Shown here: positions 59,984 to 64,000 of the stretch, piece after piece | Position numbering within the stretch: the first letter of the stretch is position 1 | Layout of the letters: every line of letters begins with the position of its first letter | Origin: Opitutia bacterium | GTDB lineage: Bacteria; Verrucomicrobiota; Verrucomicrobiia; Opitutales; T3Sed10-336 | Assembly: GCA_050506795.1 (NCBI GenBank) | Contig: JBJHCF010000003.1 | Span: 6,380 to 70,379 of the forward strand | Length of the DNA stretch: 64,000 nucleotides | Direction of reading: 5' to 3' | The notes under the pieces: model-generated | Told to the model about the DNA's origin: nothing | What the model saw: the letters and a program-made list of their open reading frames with translations, nothing else | Database searches by the model: none | Position numbers and translations under genes: made by a program

Positions 59984-62900
59984 TCAATTCTTCTCCAGGC
60001 GAAGACGAAGGAAGTAAGGCTCCGGCGATTGGACCGGATCGGCCAATCGGAAACGGACCGTGCGTACGGTCGGGTTCTCTTGCAGGGTTTCGGTTTGGCC
60101 TTCCGCCGGCTCCCAGGACTGGAGGTCTGTGGAGGCTTCCACGTGAAAAGTAATATCGGTGGCTGCTTTCAGGCGGGTGTAATCGATATAGGGATAGGAC
60201 TCGCCTTTTTCGACCAGAATGCCCGCCCGGGGCAGCGAGGCGGACAGCGGCGCCGACGGATCGAGGCCGAGCGCGTATCGCATTAGATTGGGGACTCCCC
60301 GGTCGCCTGGGTCGGCCATGGGCCCGAACTGTTGCGGGTTCTCCATGGCATCCGTTCCGAACGCATTGCGCGCCCAGTCGTCGTAGTGTATTGCATGAAT
60401 CGATACGTTAGCGGAAATCAGGTAGTCGATTCGACCCGTGTCCCAGTTATTGACTCCCACCCACCAGACTCCGGGTTCGGGGTGCAAGAACTGGCAGAAC
60501 TCCTCCTGGACGCCGGCGAGAAAGGGACGGCAATCAAAGGAATTGAGATCGGGCTTTTCCCCCTTGCGGACGTAGAGGTCGGCGTCACCGCTCAAACCCG
60601 CCAGAACAACCTCCAATTGTCCCGCCTGCATGTGGGGGACCTCGACCCGGTAATACTTCCAGTCGTACTGGCGTTCCCGGCCGGTGATAAAATCCGCACG
60701 AACCGATCCCGGAGCGAGGGTTGTCGGTTCGACACCGGCCTGCTCAACGGTCAGCAGGACACGGCCGCCGGCGCTGATGGTGGCCGTGCGGGGCAGTGCG
60801 CTCCCCTGGTGGGCGGCCGCGCCGTAAATGACGTCGGTGCTGCCGCTTCCGCTGCGCGGGGTGAGGAACAGGAGCCAGTCGGCGCTGCTTTCGAGGCTCC
60901 ACTGGCAATTGGTCAGCGAGCTTTCCAGCCGGGCCGTGAAGTAGCCGCCTTGTGAAGGCAGGGTCACCGTGCCCTCGCCCAGGGTGAAGTGGCAAGCCGG
61001 TTCGACTTCGAACACCTCCGGCAATTCGATTGAATCTCCGTCCGGGGAGAACAGTTCCAGATTCCACTGTCCGGCGGGCGCGGCGTAGAGATCGAAGCGG
61101 GCGGTGATGACGGACGGGGTGACCTGAATGCCGAATCCCTCCGCCGCGCCACCTTGCGGGCCGGTGAGGCGGAGGTTGGTTCCCGGCAGAAATCCGGCGC
61201 CATGAATTTCCACCACGGCCACTCCGTTGTTGGGTGCGGACTGAGGTTCGATGAAGTCGACCTGGGTGACGGTCGTTTCGGCTGCGTCCACGGAGGCGCC
61301 GGTGACGATGAGGGAATAGATTTGCTCGGATCCCGGCTGCGCCTCGTCATATTCCACCCGCACGGTATAGGTTCCATTTTGGGGTTCGGGAATGTCGACC
61401 CGAAGAGTGTTGTCGACATGGTTTCTGCCGGTGGTGGCCGGCGCCGCCGGATTGGCGGGGTCGAGGCGAAAGGGGTGATGCCGGAAAGATCCGTCGGGCG
61501 AGAGAAGCGACAGGTGAAGATTATTCACCAGGGTGGGCGAACGCTGATCCGTTTCGGATACCGGCCCGGTCGGCGGGGGATCCGTCCAGGAGAGGGTTGC
61601 CAGGATGGGGGAGTCTTCGTCCCAGGTTACCCGGTATTCCCGAGCCGGCCGTGAGGAGGTAAGCGAATCTTCGATGAACACCCGGCTTCGGGGAGAAGCG
61701 GCGTAGCGACGCACGATGGCGGCCGCGGCTTCGGTATTGATCAATCCCCATCCGTAACGGTAGTCCGGGCCCGGATTGCCGAGATCGTCGGCGGAGTGGA
61801 TCAAAAGGGCTTTGAGTGTGCTCGCTCGGGGGGCATGTCCCGGGAAATACTCCCGGTAGAGCTCGGTTAGCAGCGCGAGTGACCCGGTGGTGGCCGGAGC
61901 CGCCATACTGGTACCGGAGGCCCGACCGTACCAGCCGTCGAGGGCCACCGGAGAAAGCACGCCGACACCGTGAGCGACCAGATCGGGCTTGATGCGGCCG
62001 TCGTCGGTGGGTCCCCAGGAACTGAACGCCGTCATTCTGGCGTCGAATCGACCGCTCCGCTGGGAGGCGGGGAGAAAGTCGATGGCGCCAACGGTAAGGA
62101 CGTTCTTGGCGATCTGATAGGAATTTACGGTGTCGAAACCCCGCTTGTAGACCGCGTCTCCCGGCGGATGCAACTCGGGGTCGTAGGGAACGACTCGATC
62201 GTTGATCAGGACCGGATCTCCTTTTCGAGGATCGCCGGAGCGGTGGTTGCCGGCCGCCCACACGGAGAGCAGGTAGGGCGAAGAATGAGCCAGCACGTCG
62301 GTGAGGTAGGCGAACTCGTCATAACGGCCGAACCGGTCGTGGCCGGTGAACACGAAGGCGTTGCGTTCGCCGAGGAAAACCCAGCCCGCGACCAGTCCGT
62401 AGGAATGATTGGCCAGGGAGATGGTGCCGGGTTCTCCGGGGTAAAACGGAGCCCGGCCGGCCATTTCGGCGAGCGCCTGGTTCCAGTCATAACCCTCAAT
62501 CGTGGCCTGCGGCGCCACTCCGGTCGCCGGGGCGTGAGTGCCGCGGGCGGCGATGGTGCCGGCAACGTGGGTGGAATGGTGTGAAAAGAAAGGCGCACTG
62601 TGGTGATTGATAACGCGTCCGCGGTCGAATTCGCTATGGCTGGCGAGGATCCTGGCTTCGTCCCAAACGCCGACATGCACCCCTTTGCCGGTGGCTGAAA
62701 AACGACCGGGGCCGAGAATCGGGCGGGATCGGACCGATTGCGCTGCGACGGCGTTGAAGGTGGTTCGGTATAACGGCACACCGTTTTCAAAGGCCACCAG
62801 TTCGAGGGTGCGCCCGTCGTTGTCGACCGTACGGGCGGGGAATCCGCGGCGCCGGGCTTCCTCGCGGGCGGCGGCCTCGCGGTGCAGGCTGTATTCACGC

Positions 62901-63271
62901 AGGGTTTGCGCGAGGGATTCCCGATCCCGGCTGGATTGCCATGCCAAGGCGGCCGGCGCGGGCAAAGGGGGCGGTACATCGAACGAATCCGGAGGCGTGT
63001 ATTCGTTTTCCTGAAACGGTTTTCCGGTTTCGGTCCCGGCGGAGGGTAGAAATCGGCCTGGAGGCAACGGCATGACGGGCGGTTGCGCCGCCGTTTCGGA
63101 ATTCTGCCGGAAGCCGGTCGGACTCTCCGATGCCATGGCGCCACCGGTTTCGGCGGCGGGCGGTACGGGCGTGGGATGTTGGATCGTCGTATCGTCGATA
63201 CGAACCAGCAGGGAAGCGGCCGCCGCCAGGGCGAGGGTGAGAACCAGGAAGAAATGACGACGACCAAACAT
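59984..63271 (-). CDS. Secreted S8 subtilisin-like serine protease with BACON-like, PPC and recurring C-terminal domains
   Basis: Catalytic triad VGVWDEA, HSTHVAGTIAA, SGTSMAAP; DDGRIKPDLVA; PPC GDADLYVRKG..P....FDCRP; tail PNLMRYALGLDP...VEASTDLQSW...YFLRLRLEKN. Confidence 0.92.
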   Translation of the reverse strand: MFGRRHFFLVLTLALAAAASLLVRIDDTTIQHPTPVPPAAETGGAMASESPTGFRQNSETAAQPPVMPLPPGRFLPSAGTETGKPFQENEYTPPDSFDVPPPLPAPAALAWQSSRDRESLAQTLREYSLHREAAAREEARRRGFPARTVDNDGRTLELVAFENGVPLYRTTFNAVAAQSVRSRPILGPGRFSATGKGVHVGVWDEARILASHSEFDRGRVINHHSAPFFSHHSTHVAGTIAARGTHAPATGVAPQATIEGYDWNQALAEMAGRAPFYPGEPGTISLANHSYGLVAGWVFLGERNAFVFTGHDRFGRYDEFAYLTDVLAHSSPYLLSVWAAGNHRSGDPRKGDPVLINDRVVPYDPELHPPGDAVYKRGFDTVNSYQIAKNVLTVGAIDFLPASQRSGRFDARMTAFSSWGPTDDGRIKPDLVAHGVGVLSPVALDGWYGRASGTSMAAPATTGSLALLTELYREYFPGHAPRASTLKALLIHSADDLGNPGPDYRYGWGLINTEAAAAIVRRYAASPRSRVFIEDSLTSSRPAREYRVTWDEDSPILATLSWTDPPPTGPVSETDQRSPTLVNNLHLSLLSPDGSFRHHPFRLDPANPAAPATTGRNHVDNTLRVDIPEPQNGTYTVRVEYDEAQPGSEQIYSLIVTGASVDAAETTVTQVDFIEPQSAPNNGVAVVEIHGAGFLPGTNLRLTGPQGGAAEGFGIQVTPSVITARFDLYAAPAGQWNLELFSPDGDSIELPEVFEVEPACHFTLGEGTVTLPSQGGYFTARLESSLTNCQWSLESSADWLLFLTPRSGSGSTDVIYGAAAHQGSALPRTATISAGGRVLLTVEQAGVEPTTLAPGSVRADFITGRERQYDWKYYRVEVPHMQAGQLEVVLAGLSGDADLYVRKGEKPDLNSFDCRPFLAGVQEEFCQFLHPEPGVWWVGVNNWDTGRIDYLISANVSIHAIHYDDWARNAFGTDAMENPQQFGPMADPGDRGVPNLMRYALGLDPSAPLSASLPRAGILVEKGESYPYIDYTRLKAATDITFHVEASTDLQSWEPAEGQTETLQENPTVRTVRFRLADPVQSPEPYFLRLRLEKN

Positions 63272-63453
63272 CAGTGAACTGCGGGAATTCCGGAGTGAAT
63301 CCGGTGGCGAATGAGGAAAACATAGACCCGCTTTTCCTTCGGTTCAAGCTCCGCGCTTGTTCGGGGTGGGAGGCTTGTTTTTAAGTTGTCACCTCAGATC
63401 CCATTTTGGAAAATGAGAGACAGGAAAACGGAGTATAAAAACCCCGGATAATT

Positions 63454-63900
63454 ATGGAATCAAAGGTTAAGGAAATTCTGGCCTGCAAAGGCGACACGGT
63501 TTACCAGGTTTCTCCCTCCAGTAGCGTGCTTGAGGCGATTCAGCTCATGAATGATCGCAAAATCGGCGCCCTCCTGGTGACGGAGCAGGGATGTCCGGTA
63601 GGAATGTTTACGGAGCGCGACGTTCTCACCCGGGTGGTCCCGCCGGGGCTCGACGCGGTGCGGACCAGGGTGGAAGAGGTGATGAGCAAAGATCTGATCG
63701 TGATCCGGTCGGACATTTCCATTCAGAATGCCATGCGGATCGTCACGGAAAAAAAACGCCGGCATTTGCCGGTGGTCGAAGAGGGACGGTTGCTTGGGTT
63801 GATCTCGATCGGGGATCTCACCCGGTGGTTGGTGCGCGAACACGAGAACGAGGTTGAAACCCTGCTCGAGTACATCAACGGCCCCCAGGTGAGGGGATGA
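63454..63900 (+). CDS. CBS domain pair protein
   Basis: VSPSSSVLEAIQLM..RKIGALLV...GMFTERD...VEEVMS...RHLPVVEEGRLLGLISIGDL. Confidence 0.93.
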   Translation: MESKVKEILACKGDTVYQVSPSSSVLEAIQLMNDRKIGALLVTEQGCPVGMFTERDVLTRVVPPGLDAVRTRVEEVMSKDLIVIRSDISIQNAMRIVTEKKRRHLPVVEEGRLLGLISIGDLTRWLVREHENEVETLLEYINGPQVRG

Positions 63901-63957
63901 TTCCGGGCTTTCGATTCCGGCCCGATGTGCTATTGGTCAGGAGCAGTTCCGCCCCTT

Positions 63958-63989
63958 AACCAAGAACCAAGAACCAGGAACCAAGAACT
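63958..63989 (+). repeat. Heptamer tandem repeat AACCA(A/G)G x4
   Basis: AACCAAG AACCAAG AACCAGG AACCAAG AACT; same unit as 47273-47290. Confidence 0.75.
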
Positions 63990-64000
63990 GCGTTCCGATC

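Overview
GC-rich bacterial chromosomal window, very likely Verrucomicrobiota. This is inferred from PVC-type heme-c/HEAT dehydrogenases, DUF1080/ThuA fusions, Tat-exported Gfo/Idh/MocA enzymes, sulfatase remnants and a recurring C-terminal domain on secreted proteins. Core content: an 8-gene minus-strand operon (thioredoxin, MoxR AAA+, DUF58, two vWA proteins, coiled-coil membrane protein, DUF4159 with a CCCC motif, and a ~1450-aa Trx/HEAT/Grx/DsbD-like fusion), followed by a RES toxin-antitoxin pair in toxin-first order. Also present: sdhCAB, cysC-cysD-cysN-menA, thpR, a GNAT-nitrilase fusion, NfeD-flotillin, YceI, BlaI, a double WD40 propeller protein, an S8 protease and a CBS protein. The stretch from about 47.1 to 52.3 kb is a decay zone. 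It holds REP-like and short tandem repeats, an IS481-like end, fragments of three sulfatases and an oxidoreductase, a probable 5' fragment of a group II intron, and an internally deleted M56/BlaR1 gene. No rRNA, tRNA, CRISPR array, intact transposase or reverse transcriptase was seen. All calls come from manual motif recognition; no database searches were run.
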